Shown here in pieces: positions 1 through 10,432 of a DNA stretch of 64,000 nucleotides. The notes below the pieces were generated by a model that was not told the origin of the DNA, did no database searches, and saw only the letters and a list, made by a program, of their open reading frames with translations. Position 1 is the stretch's first letter, and every line of letters starts with the position of its first letter. Source of the DNA: Mobula hypostoma. Taxonomy: Eukaryota. The DNA is taken from positions 222,334,001-222,398,000 of the forward strand of contig NC_086097.1 in the NCBI RefSeq assembly GCF_963921235.1. The letters are read 5' to 3'. Made by a program: the position numbers and the translations under genes.

Positions 1-889
1 AAGATCTGATAAGACTGTGCAAATGGGTTTTAAAGAAATTAAGAGAAATAATTTGAACTAATTATAAACTTAAGAACGACATATCAAGGGCCAAGATAAA
101 TATAGTATTTAATTCTACGTTGCATGAGGGATTTCTCAGGTGTAGTTTTTCCTAATTTCACGTCCACCTTACTGTATGACCTTTTTGTATGTTATAGCTG
201 TTCACAATTGTTTGCCATCTTGTGTCCAAAGATACTCTTGTAGTAATTATTTTCAAATAATATGGTAATTTAAGGTGAAATAAGAGAACCTTTCTCCATT
301 CACTTTGAAGCACACTCATTCATTCATTTGGTGACTATAACTTGTCAGGTGTCTCACACCAGCACACCTCTACATTTCTGGTACTGTATTACTGATTTTG
401 TAAATTATATTTAAAGCAACAAAGAAGCGAAATTAAATCTAAAGCTGAAAAGCTGCTTTAAAGAATCTAAGTAAAGAAGATAGGAAAATAGGGAAATAAA
501 CCAGATGAGAATAACTAAATTAATATGGGTTAAAATGAAAAAAAAGATGGTAGATTGCATAGAAAGAGTACTTATGTTTAGTATCTGACTTTTGAGAATG
601 TAATAAAGTTAATGGTCCAGTAATATTCAATTTTCTACCATGGTTAGAAGGAATCTGCTAAGTTGAAAAATAACATATGATAGAGTTTGTCTTTGAGATG
701 TATTTTCTGGTACAAGAACGTTTGTATTAAATACATACAAAAGTAACCTTAAGAATCTGAAGCAAAAGTCACATGTCAGCCTTTCATTTTCAATGCACTA
801 AAACAATATGGAGTAGGTAGGGTATAACTTTGCCACACTGCAAGAACTGTGTAATCTGCCTGAATGAAAATTTCTGTAGATTTATATCA

Positions 890-1079
890 CAGGTCCTCCC
901 AGATTAAAGTACAGTTCCGTTCCTGAGAACTGTTCCTGTTCATAACCCAGAAACACCAATTTCCCACATGGCTGAAGTTGCTCACCAGCAGCTGGCAAGT
1001 CTATTCCGCTGTTCTCTCAAATGCTTGTTTTTATGTATGGCTATACATAAGTCTGACATTGTAAGCAGGGGAGGACATG
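890..1079. mobile_element. Short non-autonomous TcMar/Tigger-like MITE
   Basis: Imperfect terminal inverted repeats CAGGTCCTCCC (890-900) and GGGAGGACATG (1069-1079), with TA on the right side. A similar left-end sequence (...ttcttgagaactgttc...) recurs near 56500-56560. Confidence 0.5.
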
Positions 1080-2197
1080 TATTCAGAAAGCATGAATTCA
1101 TTATTATAAACAATTGTCTGACATTGACGGACTTTAATTATATACAATCCAATGGTATCAACATTTATTCAGAACTTAAATGTATACAATACCAAATGTA
1201 TATACAGACGTTTGTATAATTGATGACAAAGTGATTTTATGTATTGATCAAGTTTCAACACAGAATATATTTTCCTCTTAGTTGCCATTTTTAAAGGAAA
1301 ATACATTATATGCAATCAATAACATCTTGAAATATGTAATCCAGTAGAGAATTGGAAACTATTCTGAAGTGGAAAATGTGGTCTTGGAAAGGAAGATGGC
1401 TAATAAACTAGTTTCTCCTGGACAATCATTGTGATGGTTTCTTAAACTTCCTGGTGAAACTATTAAGCATTTTTCAACTAAATGAGTTTCATGCTCAGAA
1501 GTCAATCAGATTGATGAGTGCAACTTCTATTTGACTGGATAGCACTCTGATGGAGACTGAGAGACATGGAAGTCAGAATCCTAATCCAAATTCAATTCCA
1601 GGAGGGATTTTTGTATGATATAATGAGGTGATATCTGATGATAGGGAGATTGAAGGGAGGTGTAGATTGTAGGTGTCATGATTCACCTGGCCCACAAGTG
1701 GTGATATTAAGACACTAATGCTATTGTCACATCATTCATCTCTCAGGTTGTCCAGTGCCTGGGAAATGCAGCCACTCATGCTAAAATATGCAAGATCAAG
1801 GTTATTTGTGGCAGGCTGATCCAAATATTTAAGATGCGTAGGATTCATACAATACACACAAAATGCTGGTGGAACGCAGGAGGCCAGGCAGCATCTATAG
1901 GAAGAGGTACAGTTGACGTTTCAGGCCGAGACCTTTTGTCAGGACTAACTGAAAGAAGAGATAGTAAGAGATTTGAGAGGGCGAGGGATGGTGCTAAGAG
2001 CTGGAAAGTTGATTGGCAAAAGGGATACAAGGCTGGAGAAGGGAGAGGATCATGGAACGGGAGGCCTAGTGAGAAAGAAAGGGGGAGGGGAGCACCAGAG
2101 GAAGATATAGTCAGAGGGACAGAGGGAGAAAAAAGAGAGAGAAAGAAAGGGGGAAAAATAATAAATAAGGGATGGGGTAAGAAGGGGAGGAGGGGCA

Positions 2198-2734
2198 TTA
2201 ACAGAAGTTAGAAAAATCAATGTTCATGCCATCAGGTTGGAGGCTACCCAGGCAGAATATAAGGTGTTCCTTCAACCTGAGTGTGGCTTCATCTTGACAG
2301 TAGAGGAGGCCATGGTTGGACATATCAGAATGGGAATGGGACGTGGAATTAAAATATGTGGCCACTGGGAGATCCTGCTTTCTCTGGCGGACGGAGCGTA
2401 GGTGTTCAGTGAAATGGTCTCCCAGTCTGCGTCGGGTCTTGCCAATATATAGAAGGCCGCACCGGGAGTACCGGACGCAGTATATCTTACCAGCCGACTC
2501 ACAGGTGAAGTGTCGCCTCACCTGAAAGGATTGTCTGGGGCCCTGAATGGTGGTGAGGGAGGAGGTGTAAGGGCATGTGTAGCACTTGTTCCACTTACAA
2601 GGATAAGTGCTGGGAGGGAGATCAGTGGGAAGGGATGGGGGGGGAGGAATGGACAAGGGAGTCAGGTAGGGAGCGATCCCTGTGGAAAGCAGAAAGGGGG
2701 GGAGGGAAAGAAGTGCTTGGTGGTGGGATCCCAT
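2198..2734 (-). pseudogene. PLE GIY-YIG endonuclease C-terminal fragment
   Basis: Translation C..C.TC...FTCESAGKIYCVRYSRCGLLYIGKTRRRLGDHFTEHLRSVR...PVATYFN...LQPDGMN matches the IY-x-YIG, R-x-EH and GxN motifs of Penelope-type endonucleases. Confidence 0.85.
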
Positions 2735-2845
2735 TGGAGGTGGCAGAAGCTACGGAGAATTATATGTTGGACCTGGAGGCAGGTGGGGTGTAGGTGAGGA
2801 CAAGGGGAACCCTAGCCCTAGTGGGGTGGCGGGAGGATGGAGTGA

Positions 2846-3540
2846 GATTAGATTATGAAGACACGCAGTCCTCTTTTATTTTCATTTAGTAATGCATGCA
2901 TTAAGAAATGATACAATTTGTTCCTCCAGAATGATATCACAGAAACACAAGACAAATCAAGACTAAAAAAAAACTGACAAAAACCACATAATTATAACAT
3001 ATAGTTACAACAGTGCAAGCAATACCGTAACTTGATAGAAGAACAGACCATGGGTGCGGTAAAAAAAAGTTTTAAAGCCTCTCGAAGGTCCCATCATCTC
3101 ACGCAGATGGTGGAAGGAAGAAAACTCTTCCTGCCATGAGCTTCCAGTGCCACAAACTTGCCGATGCAGCATCCTGGAAGCACCCGACCACAGTCCGACT
3201 CCGAGTCCGTCCGAAAACTTCGAGCCTCCAACCAGCTCTCCGACACCGAGCACCATCTCTGCGACACCGAGCACCATTTCTGACGAGTGCTTCGACCCTG
3301 GCCCCGGCAACAGACAATAGGCAAAGCCGAGGATTTGGGGCCTTCCCCTCCGGAGATTCTCAATCGCACAGTAGTAGCTGCAGCGAAGCAGGCATTTCAG
3401 AAGTTTCTCCAGATGTTCCTCCGTGCTTTTCATGGCTGTCTCCATCAAATCAGGATTGTGCACGGCATCCTACTTCACAAATACAATATCAATTCGGAGC
3501 GGCCGTGCACGCTGCGTCGCGCTGCCATCTTCTCCCCCCC
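2846..3540 (-). mobile_element. Non-coding ~700-bp retroposed element (putative non-autonomous LINE derivative) inserted in the PLE
   Basis: Interrupts contiguous PLE sequence. The minus strand begins GGGGAGAAGATGGCAGCGCG and ends AATAAAAGAGGACTGCGTGTCTTCATAATCTAATCT. A second copy lies at 59405-60020. Confidence 0.75.
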
Positions 3541-3640
3541 GATGTGCGTGAAATGGGAGAGATGCGTTTGAGAGCAGAGTTGATGGTGGATGAAGGGAAG
3601 CCCCTTTATTTAAAAAAGGAAGACATCTCCTTCGATGTTC

Positions 3641-3990
3641 ATGGCCCAAGACAGTCCTTCCAGGAGAGGCAACACTTTACCTGTGAGTCAGCTGGTCTGA
3701 TATACTGCATCCGGTGCTTCCAGTGCGGCCTTCTATATATTGGTGAGACCTGACGCAGGCCGGGAGACCTTTTCGCTGAACACCTACGCTCTGTCCGCCA
3801 GAGAAAGCAGGATCTCCCAGTAGCCACACATTTTAATTCCATGTCCCATTCCCATTCTGATATGTCCATCCATGGCCTCCTCTACTGTCATGATGAAGCC
3901 ACACTCAGGTTGGAAGGATAACACCTTATATTCCACCTGGGTAGCCTCCAACCTGATGGCATGGACATTGATTTCTCTAACTTCCGTTAA
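3641..3990 (+). pseudogene. PLE GIY-YIG fragment (inverted arm), with stop codons
   Basis: GPRQSFQERQHFTCESAGLIYCIRCFQCGLLYIGET* continues in frame toward LQPDGMDIDFSNFR*. It is the inverse copy of 2198-2545. Confidence 0.85.
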
Positions 3991-4438
3991 TGCCCCTCCT
4001 CCCCTTCTTACCCCATCCCTTATTTATTATTTTTTTTTATTTTTCCCCCTTTCTTTCTCTCTCTTTTTTTCTCTCTCTGTCCCTCTCACTATATCTTCCT
4101 CTGGTGCTCCCCTCCACCTTTCTTTCTCACTAGGCCTCTCGTCCCATGATCCTCTCCCTTCTCCAGCCTTGTATCTCTTTTGCCAATCAACTGTCCAGCT
4201 CTTGGCTCCATCCCTCCCCCTACTGTCTTCTCCTATCATTTTGGATCTCCCCCTCCCCCTCCCACTTTCAAATCTCTTACTATCTCTTCTTTCAGTTAGT
4301 CCTGATAAAGGGTCTCGGCCTGAAACGTCGACTGTACCTCTTCCTGTAGATGCTGCCTGGCCTGCTGCGTTCTACCAGCATTTTGTGTGTGCTGCTTGAA
4401 TTTCCAGCATCTGCAGATTTCCTTGTATAGGATTCATA

Positions 4439-5896
4439 GAATCAGAATCAGAATCAGAATCCTTTATTATCGCCAAGTATGTGGACACATACAGGGAATT
4501 TGATGCTGGTTTCCCTGAGCTCTCACCGTACAGAATCAAAAAGCAATCAAAATAATAGTGCAAATAATCGTGAAATACATACAATGAGATTTACCTGTGT
4601 ATGTACAGGTGGACTTGGTTTATAATAGACTAAAATTCCAGTGTTCATAAGACTGATGGCATACGGAAAGAAACTGTTCTTATACCTATTTGTCCTGGCA
4701 TACTGTGATCTAAAGCGCCTACCAGAAGGAAGGAGTTGGAACAGGTGATTTCCAGGGTGTGATGGGTCTACAATGATGCTGCTTGCTCGCTTCCTGACTC
4801 TAGATGCATATAAGTCCTGGATTGAGGGCAGCTTCACACCAATAATCCTTTCCGCAGCCCTGACAGTTCTTTGGAGTCTATTCTTGTCTTGTTTGGTAGC
4901 TGATCCAAACCAGACAGTGATGGACGAACAGAGAACAGACTGGATTATTCCTGAATAGAATTGAATCAGCAGCTCCTGAGGCAGGTTGTACTTCCTGAGT
5001 TGACATAGGAAATACAACCTCTGCTGAGCCTTTTTGATAAGAGTGTCCGCGGTTGGTGTCCACTTCAGGTCCTGAGAGATTGTGACACCCAGAAACCTGA
5101 AGGTCTCCACAGCAGACACAATACTGTTGAGTATAGTGAGTGAGGGGAGTATTGGGGGGGCTCCTCCTGAAGTCCACTGTCATCTCCACAGTCTTGAGCA
5201 TATTTAGCTCCAGATTGTTCTGACCACACCAGAGGGCCAGCCGTTCCACTACCCATCTGTATGCCGACTCATCACCATCTCGGATAAGGCCAATGACAGT
5301 TGTGTCATCTGCAAACTTCAGGAGTTTAACAGATGGATCCTGTGAGGTGCAGTCATTAGTGTAAAGGGAGAAGAGCAGTGGGGAGAGGACACATTCTTGG
5401 GGGGCACCGGTACTGATTGTCCGGTTGCTAGAAAGGATGCTCCCCAGCCTCTCTTGCTGCACCCTGTCAGTCAGGAAGCTTGTGATCCACTGACAGATGG
5501 CAGGGGAGACAGTGAGCTGGGTGAGTTTGGAGTGGAGGATTTCTGGGATGATGGTGTTGAATGCCAAGCTGAAGTCAACAAACAGGACCCTCGCAGAAGT
5601 TCCTGGGTTGTTGAGGTGTTGTAGTATGTAATGTAGTCCCATGTTGACTGCATCATCCACTGACCTATTTGCCCGATAAGCAAACTGCAGGGGATCCAGC
5701 AGGGGGCCTGTGATGTCCTTCAGGTGAGCCAACACTAGTCTCTCAAAGGACTTCATGACCACAGATGTCAAGGCAACAGGCCTGTAGTCATTTAGTCCCT
5801 TGATAGTGGGTTTCTTAGGGACTGGAATGATAATGGAGCGCTTGAAGCAATGAGGGACTTCACACAGCTCCAGTGATCTATTGAAGATCCGTGTGT
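4439..5896 (-). mobile_element. Rex1/Babar-type LINE, 5'-truncated, RT region with one frameshift
   Basis: ORFs 4878-5927 and 4547-5119 give [55 protein letters not shown] and LLPSGRRFRS. The frameshift is near the G-run at 5154-5160. (GATTCT)n 3' tail at 4439-4461. Confidence 0.9.
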
Positions 5897-6600
5897 AGTT
5901 GTTTGGATTCAGAATTGGATTGCCCATTAGTAGACAAGGGGTACTGGTGAAAGGATGTTATTCTGGCTGGAGGCCAGAGGTGTTCTGTGGTGATCAGAAT
6001 TGGAGCCTTTGTTGATTATGATATGATATATAGAAATACCAAGTGAAAATGTAGGTAGGTGGGTTAGTGAATTTGCAGATGATGGTGGAAATATGGACAG
6101 TGTAGATGTATCTACACTGGAGTTTAGTTCACAGGAGTTTAGTTCAAGCAAGTGTGAGGAGTTGCACTTTGCAAGGTCAATTGTAAGGGAAGGTATACAG
6201 GTAGTGGCAAGATCCCTAACACCATTGATGTACAGAAGAATCTTGGGGTCTAAGGCCATAGCTCTCTGAAAGCAGCCACACAAGTAGACTGGATGATAAA
6301 GAAAGCATACAGAATGCTTACCTTCAATGAATGGGGCACTGAGTATCAGACTAAGGAAGTCTTGTTGAAGTTATGTAAATTTTTATTTTGGCTGCTCTTG
6401 GAGTATTGTGTGCAATCCTAGCCAGCCCATTACAGGAAGGATGTAGAAGTTTTGGAAAGGGTGCAAGTGAAGCTGCTTAGAAGCTATGAGTTGTAAGCGA
6501 AGATTAGACAAACTAAGGTTGTTTCTTCTGGAGTGTCCGAGGCTCAGGTTTCTGGATAGGTGACAGAAGTTCGTGAAATTATAGGAGTCATCAATAGGGC
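5897..6600 (+). mobile_element. Old degraded CR1 LINE RT fragment (host of the PLE and Rex1 insertions; its 5' stub is at ~1808-1849)
   Basis: tggattcagaattgg..., gggttagtgaatttgcagatgat (SEFADD) and gagtattgtgtgcaa (EYCVQ) motifs shared with younger CR1 copies in the window. Confidence 0.7.
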
Positions 6601-6727
6601 CACCATCATTATGTGACGTGTCTTATGATGTGGGCAATCATGGTCTTTTGATCATGATTGTTCTTTGGCAAATTTTTCTGCAGAAGTGATTTGCCACTGT
6701 CTTCTTCTGGACAGTATCTTTACAAGG
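6601..6727 (-). mobile_element. Fragment of SINE with RTE-type 3' region
   Basis: gaagtgatttgccactgtcttcttctgg resembles cagtggtttgccattgccttcttctgg in the SINE at 13703-13990. Confidence 0.4.
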
Positions 6728-6757
6728 CATGTTTAAAAGGCCATGGAATAGTAATAG

Positions 6758-7726
6758 AGTTATGTTTTGTAACTCCAGAAAAAGTGGAGGCCATGAGTGA
6801 GCAAAGTGACGAGAGCTGGGAAATGCATATCTTCTTCGTTTTACTTTAGTGAGACACGCAGGTAGTGGTGTAATGATGTATGCAATTCATGTACTTTTAC
6901 ATGTAATCCATAATTAATTTTATAAAAATGAAGTATGCTTAATGAAATTATATATTTACAGTATTATTCAAATATTACTGAAATATTCCATAACCCTCCA
7001 TTCCTTTCCTGTCCATATAGCTACCCAATTTTACTTTAAATGACAATATTGAACCTGCCTCTACCACTTCTGCTGGAAGCTCGTTCCACACAGCTACACT
7101 CTCTGAGTAAAGAAGTTCCCCCTCATGTTGCCCCTAAACTTTTGCCCCCTAACTCTCAACTCATGTCCTCTTGTTTGAATCTCCCCTACTCTCAAAGGAA
7201 AAAACCTATCCACGTCAACTCTATCTAGCCCCCTCATAATTTTAAATACCTCTATTAAGTCCCCCCTCAACCTTCTATGCTCCAAAGAATAAAGACCCAA
7301 CTTGTTCAACCTTTCTCTGTAACTTAGGTGCTGAAACCCAGGTAACATTCTAGTAAATCTTCTTTGTACTCTCCCTATTTTGTTGACATCTTTCCTATAA
7401 TTTGGTGACCAGAACTGTACACAATACTCCAAATTTGGCCTTACCAATGCCTTGTACAATTTTAACATTACATCCCAACTCCTATACTCAACGCTCTGAT
7501 TTATAAAGACCAGCATACCAAAAGCTTTCTTCACCACCTTATCCACATGAGATTCCACCTTCAAGGAACCATGCACCATTATTCCTAGATCTCTCTGTTC
7601 TACTACAAGTGCAGGTCAGTGGGACTAGGTGAGAATAAGCGTTCGGCACGGACTGGAAGGGCCGAGATGGCCTGTTTCCGTGCTGTAATTGTTATATGAT
7701 TATATATATGTATTAAATACACTATA
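6758..7726 (-). mobile_element. Gypsy-type 3' LTR, interrupted by a CR1 insertion (6988-7710)
   Basis: On the minus strand, a polypurine tract TTAGCAGGGAGGAG (7727-7740) directly precedes the LTR-like sequence and follows an integrase remnant. LTR sequence rejoins across the CR1 (aaatatt|...|tattaaatac). Confidence 0.6.
6988..7710 (+). mobile_element. CR1 LINE 3' fragment with 5' inversion
   Basis: 6988-7607 is the antisense RT C-terminus (ORF 7094-7579: LVRPNLEYCVQFWSP...LRGDLIEVFKI). 7608-7710 is the sense 3' UTR and tail, collinear with 13210-13310. A short TATT repeat flanks both ends. Confidence 0.85.
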
Positions 7727-8330
7727 CTCCTCCCTGCTAAGCTATAAACTCCAACTCAATATAGAATGCACCTCAGCTCAAATATGTAAGGTATTGCTCT
7801 CTAGTCATCTTATATACAGAGTATACTATATAATATAACTACTATATAGACATCCACAGCAAAGTAAATTTTAAGTTGTCCCATTCAGGCCTAAAAATTT
7901 AATCAGTGTGGAGGATTCTTACTCTTGTGGAATTATGTCTTTCTTGACAAAGGGGTTCACTCTGCTTGGCAGCTGAGACTTGAAGCTGTGAGAAAAATGT
8001 CTGGTTCTGGGGCCTCATCTGTGGTCATTGTAGGAGCTGACTCTGGGACTGCAGGAAGTAGCTCTGACAGCTTTGGACACCTCTCGCCTGGATGTGTTGG
8101 CATCCAAACAGTACATGTCAAGCTGCTCAATCTGCTGATCTATCTCAAACCACAAGACAAAGCTTCAAGCCACCACTTTAATTTTGACCATGACTAGATG
8201 ACTGGCATTTAGCTCCTCCAACACTTTAGCTCTCAGCTTGGATGGTACAACAACTCTCAATCCCCACATAAAACAACCTCTGTCAAGGGCAAGTTCATCC
8301 TGGCACTGGTAAAAATGGGGGGGGGGGGGC
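7727..8330 (-). pseudogene. Gypsy/Ty3 pol (integrase) remnant with internal deletion
   Basis: ELALDRGCFMWGLRVVVPSKLRAKVLEELNASHLVMVKIK is the integrase Zn-binding (HHCC) region typical of fish Gypsy elements. It is followed by a C-terminal segment near 7890-7950 and the PPT. Confidence 0.75.
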
Positions 8331-9165
8331 GGGACTTGAATTTCTGCTGTATATTGCAGCCATTTTGGGTTGCCATGTAGACCTGAGAGAGTGATATATT
8401 CTAATGGTTCAGATTTGTTGTTATTATTTCCGTAATCCTTGTCTATCCATTGGGAAAAGCATATAATAAGCATTGTTTTATGACAGAATACATATTTTCT
8501 CAAGTTTCTAAAATCCAGTCTAGCTCTGCATTTTAAGTGCATGAATACTCAGCTGTGCTGCAAGACCCTTGCTGCTACCCTGGCCTGTCCTGAGTAGAAT
8601 TTGATTAGTGTCATACTGACACAGTTGCAATTTCAAATTAGATGTTGCTTGTTGGCAGCACAGGGGAAACAAATCTTATTTGAAGCACCTGTCAGCTGTC
8701 CAATTTGTGAGCACTTTGCATTTAAATTATGATAATGATTCATTCCAAAAGCTGTACTACATCTGATTTTTGTTATAGGAAGCAACATTTTAAAATATAG
8801 ATTTCTTTTTTCAGCACCCAAAGTTTGCTGGAGGGGGCAATACTTGATGCTCTTTTAAGACTTTTTCTTTTATTCTGCAGGTTAACACATTTTTGCGCTT
8901 TGAATGGCAGAAAGTTTATGCTAATTAGCAACCACTAAAGTCGGTGAGCATCTGTGACCTTTGTGAAATAGAGGACCAGATGTCTACCTCAATAAGATTA
9001 AGAAAGAAACAAGAACAGCGGAATTAAGTAAGATATATTAGTGACAATTCACATACAAAAATATGTATAATAAGGCCAAGAAGAATTAGTGTTTGAATTT
9101 ATGAATATCTATGCACAGTTTATCATTGTTATTATACACAGAAATGAAGGCTATTATTTCAGTTA

Positions 9166-9221
9166 ACACACACAAAATGCTGGAGGAACTCAGCAGGCCA
9201 GGCAGCATGTATGGAAAAGAG
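9166..9221 (-). mobile_element. Short PLE pseudo-LTR terminal fragment
   Basis: acacacacaaaatgctggaggaactcagcaggccaggcagcat matches the termini at 1852, 17552 and 50816. Confidence 0.7.
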
Positions 9222-9904
9222 ATTTTCTCTTGTTTGTATGTTTGTATTCTGGGGTGTCAAGGCTGAATGTTATTACCAGAGCATAAAGAGAATGCTTGTG
9301 CTGCCTGCAGTGTTACAGAAAAACAATTTTTCGTATGCACAAGAGTTTCTATGTCCATTTTAATTTTTTTATCATCTGGTAATAAAATTATTCATTATTT
9401 TGTGTTGGCCTTTTGTAAAAAGACACACAAAAAACAATAGTAGATCATGGATTGGTTTTAGGGAAGGAGGAAATTAAAATAACTTTTCACAAACAAATAT
9501 TAGGGAATCAAATAGATCCCTTGGATTATTTAAGTTTTTAAAGCAAAAATCTGTAAATGTATTGGTTGCAGTGTGCCAAAGTTCCTGATATTTTGGAAAT
9601 ACCCAGAGGACTGGACAAAAGCAAATATAAAACCAAGTGGAGAAAGGAAGGGGATACAGAACAGAAAACTCTAGACCAATATCCATCATTAAGAAAATTT
9701 TCAAAATCATGATGATCGTTGCTTTCTTTGTTTGCATCAGTGGTAAAAATAGAAATGATAGTATATGCTGTTTTCTGTTCAGACATGTCAATGTAGGAAG
9801 AATTTAGAACATCTGATAGACATTTCATAAAAAATCAAGCAAAGCCCCAAGAATGTTAAGGCCTTTTAAAAACTATTCTAGTACTGAAGCTGTACTAGTA
9901 TAGT

Positions 9905-10432
9905 TTTATGAAAGGGAAATCCTATTTGATAGATTTGTTAGTGTTCTTTAGGTATAACAAGCACACTAGGTAAAGGAAAACAGAAAATGTATTGCATTTT
10001 CAGAAGACATTTGATAAAGAGCATCGTAAAAGCTACTGTACAAGAAAAGAGTGCATGGAGTGAGGGTAACGTCATAAATCTCCTCTGCATTCTTTCCAGC
10101 TTAATGGCATCTTTATTGCCTCTAGTAGAAAAGAGGAAGTGAAAATAACTGGGCTATTCCCTGATTGGCAATTGGTAATTAGTGGGGTGCCAAAAGATTT
10201 TGAACAGGCTTTCAGCGTTGGCTAATAATACAAAGGTAGGTGAGTTAGCAAATTGTGAAAAGACAAAGAGCCTGCAAATTATTATTTAAAAAGAAAGAGA
10301 TGGCAATATGTTTATTTTCACAAGGATCTATAGGTCCCAGTAAATGAAACACTAAAAGTTAGTGTGGAAGTACAGAAAATAATTCGGGTAAAAGAACGTC
10401 CATGGTGCAAGGGGTATAGAATGTAAAAGTAG
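9905..10432 (+). mobile_element. Old degraded CR1 fragment (continues at ~13311-13460 after the younger CR1)
   Basis: Degenerate GKSCLTNL, FQKAFDK, SGVP and GIEYKS coding motifs. Confidence 0.55.

Larger units (their letters stand above)
1850..4427. mobile_element. Penelope-like element (PLE) insertion with inverted (outward-facing) 3' ends
   Basis: Minus-strand arm 1850-3640 and plus-strand arm 3641-4427 both carry the GIY-YIG C-terminus and pseudo-LTR. The unit is flanked by an 11-bp direct repeat TAGGATTCATA at 1839-1849 and 4428-4438. Confidence 0.9.

Noticed and set aside
1834..2211. Low-complexity ORFs in PLE terminal repeats (also 3872-4399, 22348-22710, 50840-51196)
   Set aside because: They arise from purine/pyrimidine-skewed pseudo-LTR sequence that is poor in stop codons, and show no domain signal.
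3136..3753. 205-aa ORF that appears to fuse a novel N-terminus to a GIY-YIG motif
   Set aside because: It crosses three unrelated segments (antisense of the unclassified element, antisense PLE, inverted PLE arm) and stops right after YIGET. It is a junction artefact.
9474..9828. Overlapping minus-strand ORFs of 96-105 aa in unique AT-rich sequence
   Set aside because: No recognisable homology or convincing paired splice sites, and the length is within chance expectation.
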